A program made the translations under genes and the position numbers. From IMG/VR virus record IMGVR_UViG_3300031823_000005: a stretch of 64,000 nucleotides of DNA. One strand, written 5' to 3'. A model generated the notes under the pieces. The model worked only from the letters and a program-made list of their open reading frames with translations, ran no database searches and had not been told where the DNA came from. Numbering within the stretch: position 1 is the stretch's first letter; every line of letters starts with the position of its first letter. The DNA comes from an uncultured virus (IMG/VR IMGVR_UViG_3300031823_000005) (taxonomy: Duplodnaviria; Heunggongvirae; Uroviricota; Caudoviricetes). Shown here piece after piece: positions 8,619-18,278 of this stretch.

Positions 8619-9620
8619 TTGGACGACCATTGGAACCGAATCAAAACCGATTACATGGCACCGCGGTTCAAGGATGGGGACTTCGCCGGGGGGATGATTG
8701 CCACACTCAATCAACTTTCAAGCCGGCTAGCAGCCTCCAAAGACGAAGGATTGCACCCTAAAACCACTACCAATATCACACAGGAGGCTCCTACGGACCT
8801 TTCTTGGGTTTGGGGGCTTCTGATATTCGGAACCCTGATTCTCGGGATCTGGGCGATCTGGAAGCTGTTTGTCTCTAAAACGGCCAAAAAGGAAAAAATC
8901 TCCACATCGCAATCCAACGCCATATCCCAGAGAAACCAAGCCGCTCAAAAGCTTCGAAAGCTTCAGAGCGATATCGAAGACGTAAAAGCAACCAATACAC
9001 AAACAGACAGAGATATCGCTATAATCCAAGCCACTGTGGATTCAGCAAGCGAAGTATTCTCTGACCTTTCGAAATCAATTAAAGGAGATCCCAATACTCC
9101 TAATCTTCTTTTTTGGGAATACGACAACATAGCTGGACAGTACCAAACCGTTTGCGCCCAACTCGACCAAGCCAGCAAAGAACTCTACTTACTCACACAT
9201 CCATTCACAAACCCAGGATCTCAGGCGCAGGCGCAACCTGGAACCGCTGGAATTTCTTCCGGATCCACACAAAACCAAATTAAGCACAAAAGACATGTTT
9301 CAAGATCAAGAGATCGGGACGTCGCCAGATCTACAGGGGTAAACAATACTGTGATTACTGGTGGAGGCTTCCCTGTTCCTGTTTTCATTCCAGAACCGGA
9401 ACCAATTTACGAAGCTCCCACTCCAACACGCGATCCGGACCCAACCCCTGAACCAGATCCAGAACCTTCCGGAGGATCCTCAGACTACGGTAGCGGTGGG
9501 GGAGATTCCGGTGGCGACTCGAGCGGCGGCGGTAGTAGTGATTTCGGAGGAGGAGATTCAGGAGGGGGTGACTCAGGAGGAGGTGGCGGAGATTCTGGCG
9601 GCGGTAGCAGTGATTTCTAA
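8619..9620 (+). pseudogene. 5'-truncated TPM (DUF477)-domain membrane protein with Gly/Ser/Asp-rich tail
   Basis: Begins with the TPM C-terminal helix motif (MAPRFKDGDFAGGM), then a TM helix and GGGDSGGG tail; no signal peptide or TPM core; in-frame TAG at 8595 lies inside the array. It may still be translated. Confidence 0.55.
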
Positions 9621-9646
9621 AATCTAAAATCGAAGGAGAAAATAAA

Positions 9647-10306
9647 ATGGCAACATTTTTACAAAAAGTACGACTCGTAACACTCGGCAGCGTCCATGAT
9701 CTTCTGGACAAAGCCATCGACGCAAACTCTCCAAGTGCTTTGCGTCAATACGTTCGAGACCTGGAAGACGCACTCGACCGTATGAAGACCGAAGCAGCAG
9801 TACAGGCCGGCCAAGTTCGCACTTTGTTCCGTGAACAAGCAGACCTGGAAAGCCGTATCGAAACAACCAAGGCAACTGCCAAAAAGCTCGTGGACAGCGG
9901 ACATCCGGACCTCGCGCGTCCAAAGGCCACGGATATCCTTCGGATGCAAGAAGAATTGAAATGTACATCCGCAAACCTCGTAACCCAACAAGAGACCTCA
10001 AAGAAGATCGATATCGCGGTTGGTCAGCTTGAGTCCAAACACGAACAGATCGTCTTTCGCGTACGTGAACTGGAACGCCTCGATCGTGACAGTAAAGCCA
10101 AAGAAGCGGCGGCAACATCCCTGGCAGCGGCCGGCAGGCTCATCGGTGGAGGTACGGACATCTCCATTGACGACATCCAAAGCAAAATGCTGTCCAGAAA
10201 CGATGCCGCCTCAGAAAAGTTCGATCGAGCAGTTGGCGACGTCAAACAACCAATCGATCCAGAGCAGGAAGCTAAGGTTGACGATCTGCTAGCTTCGCTG
10301 AAATAA
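9647..10306 (+). CDS. PspA/IM30-family coiled-coil protein
   Basis: HDLLDKAID..SP.ALRQYVRDLED motif, long coiled coil, VDDLLASLK end; AAGGAG RBS. Confidence 0.8.
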   Translation: MATFLQKVRLVTLGSVHDLLDKAIDANSPSALRQYVRDLEDALDRMKTEAAVQAGQVRTLFREQADLESRIETTKATAKKLVDSGHPDLARPKATDILRMQEELKCTSANLVTQQETSKKIDIAVGQLESKHEQIVFRVRELERLDRDSKAKEAAATSLAAAGRLIGGGTDISIDDIQSKMLSRNDAASEKFDRAVGDVKQPIDPEQEAKVDDLLASLK

Positions 10307-10308
10307 AA

Positions 10309-10500
10309 ATGAAAGTGAGTAGTTGGCTCCGACAGTACCAACTGACCGGCGAGGTACCAGAAGGCGAGAACGCTGAATTCGCCTTCTGGTGCGGCTGGCT
10401 GATCGCCCATGCAGGAAGAGCATCACAAACAGCCACCACGTTTGACGAACAAAGATCCATGGCCATCAAAGCCGCCGAATTCATCGAGGAGCAAAAATGA
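10309..10500 (+). CDS. hypothetical protein
   Basis: packed ORF with ATGA coupling to the next gene. Confidence 0.5.
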   Translation: MKVSSWLRQYQLTGEVPEGENAEFAFWCGWLIAHAGRASQTATTFDEQRSMAIKAAEFIEEQK

Positions 10501-10736
10501 AAATCAAATATCAAACACAAACAGTCAGACAAGTGGAGTACTGCTGTAAGGATATGGAACAAGCAGAAACAGGAAAAGCGATCGTATTTCCAATTGAACC
10601 AACCAGAGAACTATCAACACCGTGGATATTTGGACCTCACAATTCCAAACTAGGCGGCGCTGGCAGGCCATTCGCAATAAAATTTTGTCCGTTTTGCGGG
10701 GAACGCATCACGTTTAGTCAGGAAATTAAACAATGA
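10497..10736 (+). CDS. small Cys-rich phage protein
   Basis: YCC...FCPFCG motifs. Confidence 0.6.
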   Translation: MKIKYQTQTVRQVEYCCKDMEQAETGKAIVFPIEPTRELSTPWIFGPHNSKLGGAGRPFAIKFCPFCGERITFSQEIKQ

Positions 10737-11173
10737 ACCGTATTTTCGTGGATATGGACGGAGTGATCGTAGATTTCGATTCCTACAAAGACAAACACGC
10801 ACTAACAGGGGAAGATACGAAACGCCGGCAGGGAGCTTACTTGGAAATGGAACCGATCCCAGGCGCACTCGAGGCTGTCCACAGTCTCATTGGTATGGGA
10901 TTCGAAGTTTGGATAGCTACAAAACCACCAACAGGAGTAGTGTTCGCGTACGCCGACAAAGCAGCATGGGTTATCAAACACCTTCCAGAACTCAAACGCC
11001 GGATCATTATCACACACGACAAAGGGTTACTTGGAGAAGAAGGAGACTTTCTAATTGACGATCGTCCCCACAAAGCAAACTGTGAAAAATTTCATGGGAC
11101 ACTTCTTCACTTTAGTAAAAACATGCAATGGCCCGAGATGCTAAATTTCTTTAGAAAAATAAAACGTATTTGA
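10733..11173 (+). CDS. HAD-family 5'(3')-deoxyribonucleotidase (NT5C-like)
   Basis: IFVDMDGVIVDF motif I, LIDDRP motif IV. Confidence 0.85.
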   Translation: MNRIFVDMDGVIVDFDSYKDKHALTGEDTKRRQGAYLEMEPIPGALEAVHSLIGMGFEVWIATKPPTGVVFAYADKAAWVIKHLPELKRRIIITHDKGLLGEEGDFLIDDRPHKANCEKFHGTLLHFSKNMQWPEMLNFFRKIKRI

Positions 11174-11214
11174 ACAGAACAATAGAATCATTGAACTACT
11201 GGAGCGTATCGCCA

Positions 11215-12960
11215 ATGTCAAAAATCATCATCGGAAACTCAAACGGAAAACCAATCGGGTTCGACCTTAAAATCCTGATCCTCACCCGCCTCCTCATCCA
11301 AGCCAACTCTGGAGGCGGAAAATCCTGGCTCATCCGCGTGCTCTGTGAACAGATCTTTGGCAAGATCCAAATCATTATCGTGGATCCTGAAGGGGAATTC
11401 TCTACCCTGCGCGAGAAATTCGATTTCGTCCTCGTTTCAAAGGACGGCGACACGCCAGCAGACACCCGATCAGCCGCAATGCTGGCCACCAGACTCCTAG
11501 AGCTAAACGCCAGCGCCGTATGCGACCTGTACGAGATGAAAACGGCCGACAGGCACCTTTGGGTCAAACTCTTCCTAGAATCGCTCATAAACGCTCCCAA
11601 GAAGCTCTGGCACCCCGTAATCGTGATCGTGGACGAAGCCCACATCTTCTGCCCAGAAAAGGGTTTTGGGGAGTCAGAAGCCTCCGAAGCCATGATTGCC
11701 CTGACCACCAGGGGAAGGAAGAGAGGATTTTGCGCTGTCTTCGCCACCCAACGCCTCGCAAAGCTAGACAAAAACGCGGCCGCGGAGCTTATGAACGTCC
11801 TTGTCGGGCAAACCTTCATCGACGTCGACATTAAACGAGCTCTCCTGGCCATGGGTATATCAGCAGACGATAAAGCAGAATTCATCCGGCAACTGAAAAC
11901 CATGGATCCTGGAAACTTCTTCGCTTTCGGACGAGCTATCACCAAGGAACGTCTACTCGTCTCAATTGGGAAGGTGCAAACCACCCACCCCGAGGGAGGC
12001 GGAAAGAAGTACGCGGCCGCTCCTCCCCCGGCGCCCAAGAACATTAAAGCTCTCCTCCCAAGCCTTTCGGATCTTCCAAAGGAAGCAGAGACCAAAGCCA
12101 AGACCGAGGCGGAACTACGCACAGAGATTCGATCGCTAAAAGGGATGCTCAACGCGCGGCCGACAGCGCCAAAAGAAGTTCAGGTCACTGATATTCAAGC
12201 AACCCAAAAAGCAGTCGAAAATGTCCGTAAGTTCTATGACGAACAGTTAAAACAAGCAGAAACTTTCGTCACACGCATCGAACGCAATATCAAATCAATC
12301 TCCACAGTCGTAAACGACATCGAACTGCTAATTGTTGGTAAACCTGAATTTAAAACCTACAAAGCAGGAAAACTAATTCCGGCCGGGAAAACCACAGACA
12401 GAGGAGAGCTTCGCGCGGTGCCACTTTCTACCGCTAGACAGGCGGTGCCGCAACCGTCTCCCCGGCCGGAACCTTCTCCAAACGGTGACATTAAGCTAGC
12501 ATCCGGAGCCCGTCGACTCCTGGCTGCTCTGGTCTCTTGGTTCCCACAGGGGATGAAGGAAGGACAATGGCGATTGCACGCCGGCCTGAAAAAGAGTGGG
12601 ACCGCGGACACCTACAAATCAGCCCTCAAGACTGCCGGGTTCACCGAACAACGCGACGGAATGTTCTTCGCCACGCAAGCCGGCGTCGACTACATCGGGG
12701 ACAAAATTGAAAGCGCACCAACAACCACCGAGGAAGTCTTGAAACTTTGGGAACCAAAACTTCCTTCCGGAGCCCGTAGGATCCTGAAAGTCCTGGTCGA
12801 TGCAGCCGGGGAACCTGTTAGTCAAGAAGAGATCACTGAAAAGACTGGTTTACAGAAATCCGGAACGTTCGATACCTATATCAGTGCTTTGCGAACCGCC
12901 CAACTCGCTAACAAAAAAGACGGACAGTACTACGCGAACCGTGAGACACTGTTTTTGTAA
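11215..12960 (+). CDS. HerA/DUF87-like P-loop ATPase with C-terminal duplicated winged-HTH-like region
   Basis: ANSGGGKS Walker A, DPEGE, VIVDEAH Walker B, RGRKRG...ATQR; repeated LxSGARR.L...KSGT.DTY.SAL; GGAG RBS. Confidence 0.85.
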   Translation: MSKIIIGNSNGKPIGFDLKILILTRLLIQANSGGGKSWLIRVLCEQIFGKIQIIIVDPEGEFSTLREKFDFVLVSKDGDTPADTRSAAMLATRLLELNASAVCDLYEMKTADRHLWVKLFLESLINAPKKLWHPVIVIVDEAHIFCPEKGFGESEASEAMIALTTRGRKRGFCAVFATQRLAKLDKNAAAELMNVLVGQTFIDVDIKRALLAMGISADDKAEFIRQLKTMDPGNFFAFGRAITKERLLVSIGKVQTTHPEGGGKKYAAAPPPAPKNIKALLPSLSDLPKEAETKAKTEAELRTEIRSLKGMLNARPTAPKEVQVTDIQATQKAVENVRKFYDEQLKQAETFVTRIERNIKSISTVVNDIELLIVGKPEFKTYKAGKLIPAGKTTDRGELRAVPLSTARQAVPQPSPRPEPSPNGDIKLASGARRLLAALVSWFPQGMKEGQWRLHAGLKKSGTADTYKSALKTAGFTEQRDGMFFATQAGVDYIGDKIESAPTTTEEVLKLWEPKLPSGARRILKVLVDAAGEPVSQEEITEKTGLQKSGTFDTYISALRTAQLANKKDGQYYANRETLFL

Positions 12961-12966
12961 CACCAA

Positions 12967-13040
12967 GCGGCACGGCAAGACGGCCTCGCTCAAGACCGAT
13001 TCCACACTGAGCGGCAAACTACAACACAACACAGAAACAC
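12967..13040 (+). repeat. mini pentamer-module array 3 (2 units)
   Basis: GCGGC-ACGGC-AAGAC-GGCCT-CGCTC-AAGAC...CTGA-GCGGC-AAACT-ACAAC-ACAAC-ACAGA-AACAC; same grammar as arrays 1 and 2. Confidence 0.7.
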
Positions 13041-13070
13041 GAAGGGCCGGGAGATTAATCCCGGCCCTTC
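13041..13070. terminator. hairpin between convergent operons (probable terminator)
   Basis: perfect 12-bp stem GAAGGGCCGGGA-GATTAA-TCCCGGCCCTTC; weak U-tract. Confidence 0.65.
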
Positions 13071-13190
13071 CTTATGTGGGAACGTCATTTGGGTGATGGA
13101 GACCTTCCCTGAACAACATCCGCGTTATCGTACGCGCTTCTCTGCGCCTTCTGCCTTCAACTTAAACAGAGAAGACCTTAACGGGCCAAA

Positions 13191-13250
13191 CTAGCGGCCT
13201 TTCTTGCCGCGATGACGCTTGCGGTTTTTTACTTCGATGGATCCGAACAT
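13191..13250 (-). CDS. 19-aa basic micro-peptide (MFGSIEVKNRKRHRGKKGR)
   Basis: AGGAGG 10 nt upstream of ATG. Confidence 0.45.
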   Translation of the reverse strand: MFGSIEVKNRKRHRGKKGR

Positions 13251-13302
13251 TTGGGTTAGTCCTCCTCTTCTTCTTCCCCTTCTGGGGTTGGCTTAGAATC
13301 CG

Positions 13303-13830
13303 CTACGCGGCCTTCCTTCGACCGTCTCGCCACATTAGCTTTGCAGACTCACTACGAGTACGCATCCTCTGACCACATTCAGAAAGCCCTTTTTGAAGGG
13401 CTTCTTGGCTAATGTGAAATCTCTTTTTAACTTCTTCCATCGAAACACCAGTCAAATACAATCTCGCCGCTTTTCTGCGCTGTTCCTTGGTAGCTGCTAC
13501 TCGCCACTCTCTTTCACTTATCTCCTGCAACGCTCGAGCGGCAGAAACTTGTTTAACAATCAAAAACTGATTCACAGCTTCCAAGAATCTCTTTACCGTC
13601 TCATGTTTAAAAGATGAAAGAACATGAGTGTTTTTCAATCTCCGCACAGGATAAAGATTTAATTTAACTCCCTCAGAAAGACAAAAAGCCTGTATCTTTC
13701 TCAAAACCAAATGACCATTATTATCTGTTTGCGCTACGGAAACATACGCACGGAACCCATGACCTTTCCTTGGCGTAAACCCAACAGTCCCTTCGCCATC
13801 AAAAAATCCAGCCACATAAGACCAATTCAC
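13303..13830 (-). CDS. LAGLIDADG homing endonuclease-like protein with C-terminal HTH
   Basis: WSYVAGFFDGEG motif, FLIVKQ. Confidence 0.8.
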   Translation of the reverse strand: MNWSYVAGFFDGEGTVGFTPRKGHGFRAYVSVAQTDNNGHLVLRKIQAFCLSEGVKLNLYPVRRLKNTHVLSSFKHETVKRFLEAVNQFLIVKQVSAARALQEISEREWRVAATKEQRRKAARLYLTGVSMEEVKKRFHISQEALQKGLSECGQRMRTRSESAKLMWRDGRRKAA

Positions 13831-14219
13831 TTATCTTCCTCCTCTAAAAGAGGATACTCCTTACTGTCTTTTGTGAAAAAATCACAAACATAACCAGGGT
13901 TAACGCTCTCATCCTCACCTGAAGGTCTAAAAATCTCACAGACCGTACGTCGATCACCACCACCCTGAGTAAAAAAATGAAAGCATAATTTACACTTTTC
14001 TTCACCCTCTGCTTCTCGATAATTCACTTCCTCCTGACTAAACTTCTCCGGTCTGTCAGAAAGAAGCTCCTCGTACTCGGGGAAAGAAACGCGGCCCTCG
14101 GGGGAAGAGCCGCGTTTCCGGGGTACATCATCGGGGGTATTCCGAAAAATTTCATGAGCGACAAGTTTCCCGCTCTTCTTCTCAGTTTCAACCGGAGGCG
14201 GATCTAACCCTCTTGGCAC
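13827..14219 (-). CDS. hypothetical protein with HiPIP-like four-Cys domain
   Basis: NY...CKLCFHF...CEIF...VNPGYVCDFF. Confidence 0.55.
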   Translation of the reverse strand: MPRGLDPPPVETEKKSGKLVAHEIFRNTPDDVPRKRGSSPEGRVSFPEYEELLSDRPEKFSQEEVNYREAEGEEKCKLCFHFFTQGGGDRRTVCEIFRPSGEDESVNPGYVCDFFTKDSKEYPLLEEEDK

Positions 14220-14271
14220 GTCCCAATTGTTATGAAATCAGGAGAATTCAGTCAAGCAAAAGTTCCTAAAG

Positions 14272-14589
14272 CTAACCCCTGGCATGCTTCTTGTAAAAGA
14301 CGTTGCTCCTCTTACCTTTAGCACCAGAATTATTCAAATCATGGAGAGGACCGGGAAGAATTAGAAGATGAAAATCCTGATCACATTCCGGATTACCGCA
14401 CAAATGATCAACCTCAAAATCCGGAGTCAGTGTTCTCCCACTGGCTGCCATACACTTTCGCGCCTTAACCCGGTGTGCATACTGATGGCGATCGGGACCT
14501 TGTGTGATCCTCACGTACCTTCTTTCGGTAATCGTGAAACCAAGACCTCGACGTTTCCCTTTTGGAGGAAAATTAATCGTTGTTGCCAT
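14272..14589 (-). CDS. HNH-like endonuclease
   Basis: YAHRV...EVDHLCGNPEC...HL. Confidence 0.6.
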   Translation of the reverse strand: MATTINFPPKGKRRGLGFTITERRYVRITQGPDRHQYAHRVKARKCMAASGRTLTPDFEVDHLCGNPECDQDFHLLILPGPLHDLNNSGAKGKRSNVFYKKHARG

Positions 14590-15049
14590 GATAAATCGGA
14601 ACCTCCTCGCAAATTCCGGTATACGGATTGTACGTTCGCCACCAACACCACTTTCCATTCACCCAGAAACCCCACTTCCTTTTGCGGCCGCTCACAAACA
14701 CTAAACTCCATGACGTCTTCCCAGGATCAAGAATTACCCGGTGCTTCCACGTCGCCGGCCGGTACAAAATAGATCCTGGTCGACGCCATGCAGAATCCTG
14801 AAACTCTCCGTACTCGCAAGCTGGACTACACCGTTCAAAAACCTCAGTGTAGCCACCCCTCAGAATGATGCTCAGAAAGTTCCACGGATGATCATGCAAC
14901 GCACGTTCATGGTCACTCCGACAAAACTTGTGGATGAAAATTCCAAAGGAAGGTGTCCGAAAAACAATCCAACGAATCATTAGCAAATCGTTTGGATCGT
15001 CACCAATCAACCGCTTGCCACCAAACTGCCACTTCCCGATCGTAAACAT
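14573..15049 (-). CDS. cupin-like phage protein
   Basis: LHDHPWNFLSIILRGGYTE...HRV...WGF motif. Confidence 0.65.
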   Translation of the reverse strand: MFTIGKWQFGGKRLIGDDPNDLLMIRWIVFRTPSFGIFIHKFCRSDHERALHDHPWNFLSIILRGGYTEVFERCSPACEYGEFQDSAWRRPGSILYRPATWKHRVILDPGKTSWSLVFVSGRKRKWGFWVNGKWCWWRTYNPYTGICEEVPIYHGNND

Positions 15050-15567
15050 TACACCGCCTTTTTATACTTATTACTTTTTGAAGAATTACAACTCTTACAG
15101 GAAGGAACCAAATTAGATGCCCAATCTGAACCTCCATTACTAATTGGCTTAACATGATCTTGCGTCAAAGTCTTCGGTGTCAAAACAACCTTACAATACA
15201 CACATCTCCAACCAAAAAATTCAACTCGAGCCATCCACTGTTCGTAAGTATGAAAACCAGTAGCCCCTCGCTTCCTTGCAAAATATCTACTAATTCCGTC
15301 TCTATACCTCGTAGGATTATTTACTCGCCAATTTCTCTGATACCTACGCCTAGCTTCTGGATGCAATTTCTTCCAAAGACAATTGAAATCGTTTTTCTTC
15401 TTCTTGTTTTTCTTATACGACCGCTGCCGTTGAGCTTTAACTAATTCAGAATTATTTTCCCTCCATCGCTTTATCGCATCGTCAGAACTCTTCTTATGTC
15501 GTTTGTAATGACGACGATCATAAATCTTCTGCTTTCGTTTTCGAACAACAGGATCCTTGTAAGGCAT
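15049..15567 (-). CDS. HNH endonuclease (paralog of 26-568)
   Basis: GWRCVYCK..LT.DHVKPISNGG...NLVPSCKSCNSSK. Confidence 0.85.
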   Translation of the reverse strand: MPYKDPVVRKRKQKIYDRRHYKRHKKSSDDAIKRWRENNSELVKAQRQRSYKKNKKKKNDFNCLWKKLHPEARRRYQRNWRVNNPTRYRDGISRYFARKRGATGFHTYEQWMARVEFFGWRCVYCKVVLTPKTLTQDHVKPISNGGSDWASNLVPSCKSCNSSKSNKYKKAV

Positions 15568-15568
15568 T

Positions 15569-16240
15569 TCAAAAAATATGCCTTCCAATCAAAGAAGCGA
15601 CAACAAAAACATAGAACCATCTCGCGTCAAGACCATGCTGAATCATCTCGGAAAAGTGCTCTGCAACCGATTTGCCGCGAAATTCAGCTTCCCCTTGCAG
15701 AAACGAAGCATGAGGATCTGGAATCATCACAGTGACCTCCAGAGCCCCACCAGGAGCCGGTTTAACCGCAACGTGAACCTTATCAAGTACTTTTACAGGC
15801 TCATTCAACACAGCCACAGAAGACGGTTGCGGAGCCGTTACCGCAAGCTCCGCAAGCTCCTGTTGCTGTCGCGGCACCGACATCTTGCTTAACGCTTCCT
15901 CTTCAACGGCAACCACAGCCTTAGCCGTTGCACTTCCCGGAGGCGGTGTCATCTCCAAGAGACCTGGAGGCACCTCACCACTACGTTCCGCAGCACGCTC
16001 AAACCCTCTCTCCATGTCCTCGATCGTCTCTTTTGGGACGCTTGGCATCTGAAGGAATGGTTCTTGTTTCTTAACCGGAGCATCTTCCTGGACAGTAATG
16101 TAATCCTCGATCGTTGGCCCTGAAAACGAATGCCCTTCAGCACAAGAAATCTTTTCCGGTTCACTAAGATCCCGATGTAACCGACTCTCTTTGTTGCTTT
16201 CCTTACAAGTCGGACACATAGCGGTATACGTAATTTTCAT
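15569..16240 (-). CDS. hypothetical protein with N-terminal Zn-ribbon
   Basis: CPTC...C..GH. Confidence 0.55.
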   Translation of the reverse strand: MKITYTAMCPTCKESNKESRLHRDLSEPEKISCAEGHSFSGPTIEDYITVQEDAPVKKQEPFLQMPSVPKETIEDMERGFERAAERSGEVPPGLLEMTPPPGSATAKAVVAVEEEALSKMSVPRQQQELAELAVTAPQPSSVAVLNEPVKVLDKVHVAVKPAPGGALEVTVMIPDPHASFLQGEAEFRGKSVAEHFSEMIQHGLDARWFYVFVVASLIGRHIF

Positions 16241-16250
16241 TTCTATTCTC

Positions 16251-16748
16251 CTAGTCCAAAATTTCAAGATCTTGATATGGGAGCTTGAACTTTCTCTTCA
16301 CGAACTCTGCCATGAGAAGCGCATCAGCTTTCCCATGGTCTTTTTTCCTTGGCAAGTCTACGCCCGGGAATAAACGGCGAGCAACAATGATTGAAGCATT
16401 TTTCCCTGCCGGCATCCCGTCCAACATAACTTTCTTCCACCGCCGAGGAGGAATTTTTTCAAACGAAATCCCCAAAGCTGCAATAATCCCTTCGAAAATT
16501 CCAGAGGACCGGCCAAGAGAGAAATTCCCCATTACGCTACACATACTCTTCGGCATCGCATGGAGAGCCTCGAGACCAACAAAACAAGGCATTCTACTTT
16601 GGAAAAACTTCACAATGTCTGGGACAGAATACTCGTGTCTTTTACCAACCTTGATCACAGGAATATCGTGGAGTGTTATTTTTGAATCCAAACCATTGAT
16701 ACAAGCAAATGCCCCACTCAGACCAGGATCTACTCCGATAAAAATCAT
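16251..16748 (-). CDS. RuvC-like Holliday junction resolvase
   Basis: IGVDPGLSGA, E, P..WKK, DHGKADALL catalytic motifs. Confidence 0.85.
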   Translation of the reverse strand: MIFIGVDPGLSGAFACINGLDSKITLHDIPVIKVGKRHEYSVPDIVKFFQSRMPCFVGLEALHAMPKSMCSVMGNFSLGRSSGIFEGIIAALGISFEKIPPRRWKKVMLDGMPAGKNASIIVARRLFPGVDLPRKKDHGKADALLMAEFVKRKFKLPYQDLEILD

Positions 16749-17240
16749 GAATTTCCTCGATCAAGCGGCTTCTGAGCTTCTGGCTTCTGATCTTCCGGAA
16801 ACAACAATTCATGCGGTATATTCCCCGGTTTAGACCTCCATCGATCATCGATCGCTTCCTCAAGAATATCCCGCATGTTCGCAAAACCTATATCTGCCAA
16901 ACAAATCTCAATCGGTGGAGACAATTGATTCCCATCAAGTATCGAATGTTTATCAATCACCTTTCCACGAACCAAATCCCTGAAATCAACTGCGCTTAAC
17001 ACGACTCGCATTCTTCTTGTCCTCCTCACCTGGGAATTTTGGAAGAGCATTCTCGAAAATCACATCCAATTGCGTTCGCAACCTACGGATCCCTGCAATC
17101 AACGGCAACACCCTGTCAGAATTTTCACATTTCCTAAGATTATCCAAAGCTCCCTTTAAACCAGTATCGACCCGGCGCATCCTTTCCAGGTCATTCGAAA
17201 ACCTCATTCGATGCCGAGTCCCTTTTAAGGCACCCAAGAG

Positions 17241-18278
17241 TTATGCCTTTCCATCGAAAATCGCTTTACGTGTTTCGGTATAGACCTTCCTAAAAAGATC
17301 TGGAGTATCAATCAAAAACTTCCTAGACTGCTCCCGACCAACACCAAGCCGCTCACCTTTGTAAAGATAAGAGTTACCGGACTTTTCAACGGTTTTGTAT
17401 TTCGTCCCAAGATCAATCAATTCCGCCGCTCTCGATATCCCTTCACCAAAAATCAAATCGTACTCACATTCAACGAACGGAGCAGAGAATTTATTCTTGA
17501 CGATTTTTACTTTCGTCCTCGCCCCAATAGTCTTCTCCCCATCCTTCAACGCAGCAATCCTACGAATGTCCATACGAACAGATGCCATATGCTTTATCAG
17601 GTGGCCTGCCGGCGTCGTCTCTGTCGGTCCCCAGGTCACGCCGATTTTGTCTCGAATCTGATTGATGAAAATAAGAGCCACGCGAGACTTGCGAACATCG
17701 TTATTCAGAAGCCGAATAGATTGAGTCACCATTCTAGCCAACTGGCCAACACCAGCGTCCCCAATCTCCCCCTCGTACTCAGACTTAGGAACCAGCATGG
17801 CAACCGAATCCACCACAACAACACCAACAGCCTCATTCTTGATAAACGTTTGAGCAATCTGAAAACCTTGCTCACCAAAATCCGGCTGAGAAAGCGTCAT
17901 GTAATTTACATTTACACCGATGCGCTCTGCATACGCCCGATTGAAACTATTTTCCGAATCGATGTACAACGCCTGCTCACCTCTAAGATGAGCTTCAGCA
18001 ATAATATGAAGACAGAGCGTACTTTTTCCCCCACCTTCAGGACCAAAAATCTCCGTCATTGCTCCGCGCGGAACTCCACCAATTCCAAGAGCGTCATCCA
18101 ACGTTAAAGATCCAGTCGGAATATACTCTGTCGGTATAGGCTTGTCACTAAACTTCACCACGGCGCCCTTGCCGTGCGTTTTGATTACTTCCTCTATGCT
18201 ATCCTTTGCTCTTCGTTGCCGATCACGATCCACTTTGACTTGCGATTCCTGTCCGCTGCTGGATGGCATTTGTGGCAT
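17241..18278 (-). CDS. recA: recombinase RecA
   Basis: PTGSLTLDDALGIGGVPRG, GPEGGGKST, VVVDSVA, FINQIRDKIG, VKNKFSAPF. Confidence 0.95.
   Translation of the reverse strand: MPQMPSSSGQESQVKVDRDRQRRAKDSIEEVIKTHGKGAVVKFSDKPIPTEYIPTGSLTLDDALGIGGVPRGAMTEIFGPEGGGKSTLCLHIIAEAHLRGEQALYIDSENSFNRAYAERIGVNVNYMTLSQPDFGEQGFQIAQTFIKNEAVGVVVVDSVAMLVPKSEYEGEIGDAGVGQLARMVTQSIRLLNNDVRKSRVALIFINQIRDKIGVTWGPTETTPAGHLIKHMASVRMDIRRIAALKDGEKTIGARTKVKIVKNKFSAPFVECEYDLIFGEGISRAAELIDLGTKYKTVEKSGNSYLYKGERLGVGREQSRKFLIDTPDLFRKVYTETRKAIFDGKA

Noticed and set aside
9470..9620. GGCGGC/GGAG-rich stretch as a further array
   Set aside because: It is a 3-nt periodic Gly/Ser/Asp coding tail with no pentamer structure.
11196..12152. 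Long antisense ORFs (also 31142-32041, 32114-32791, 42928-43632)
   Set aside because: They are shadow frames of well-supported genes on the opposite strand.
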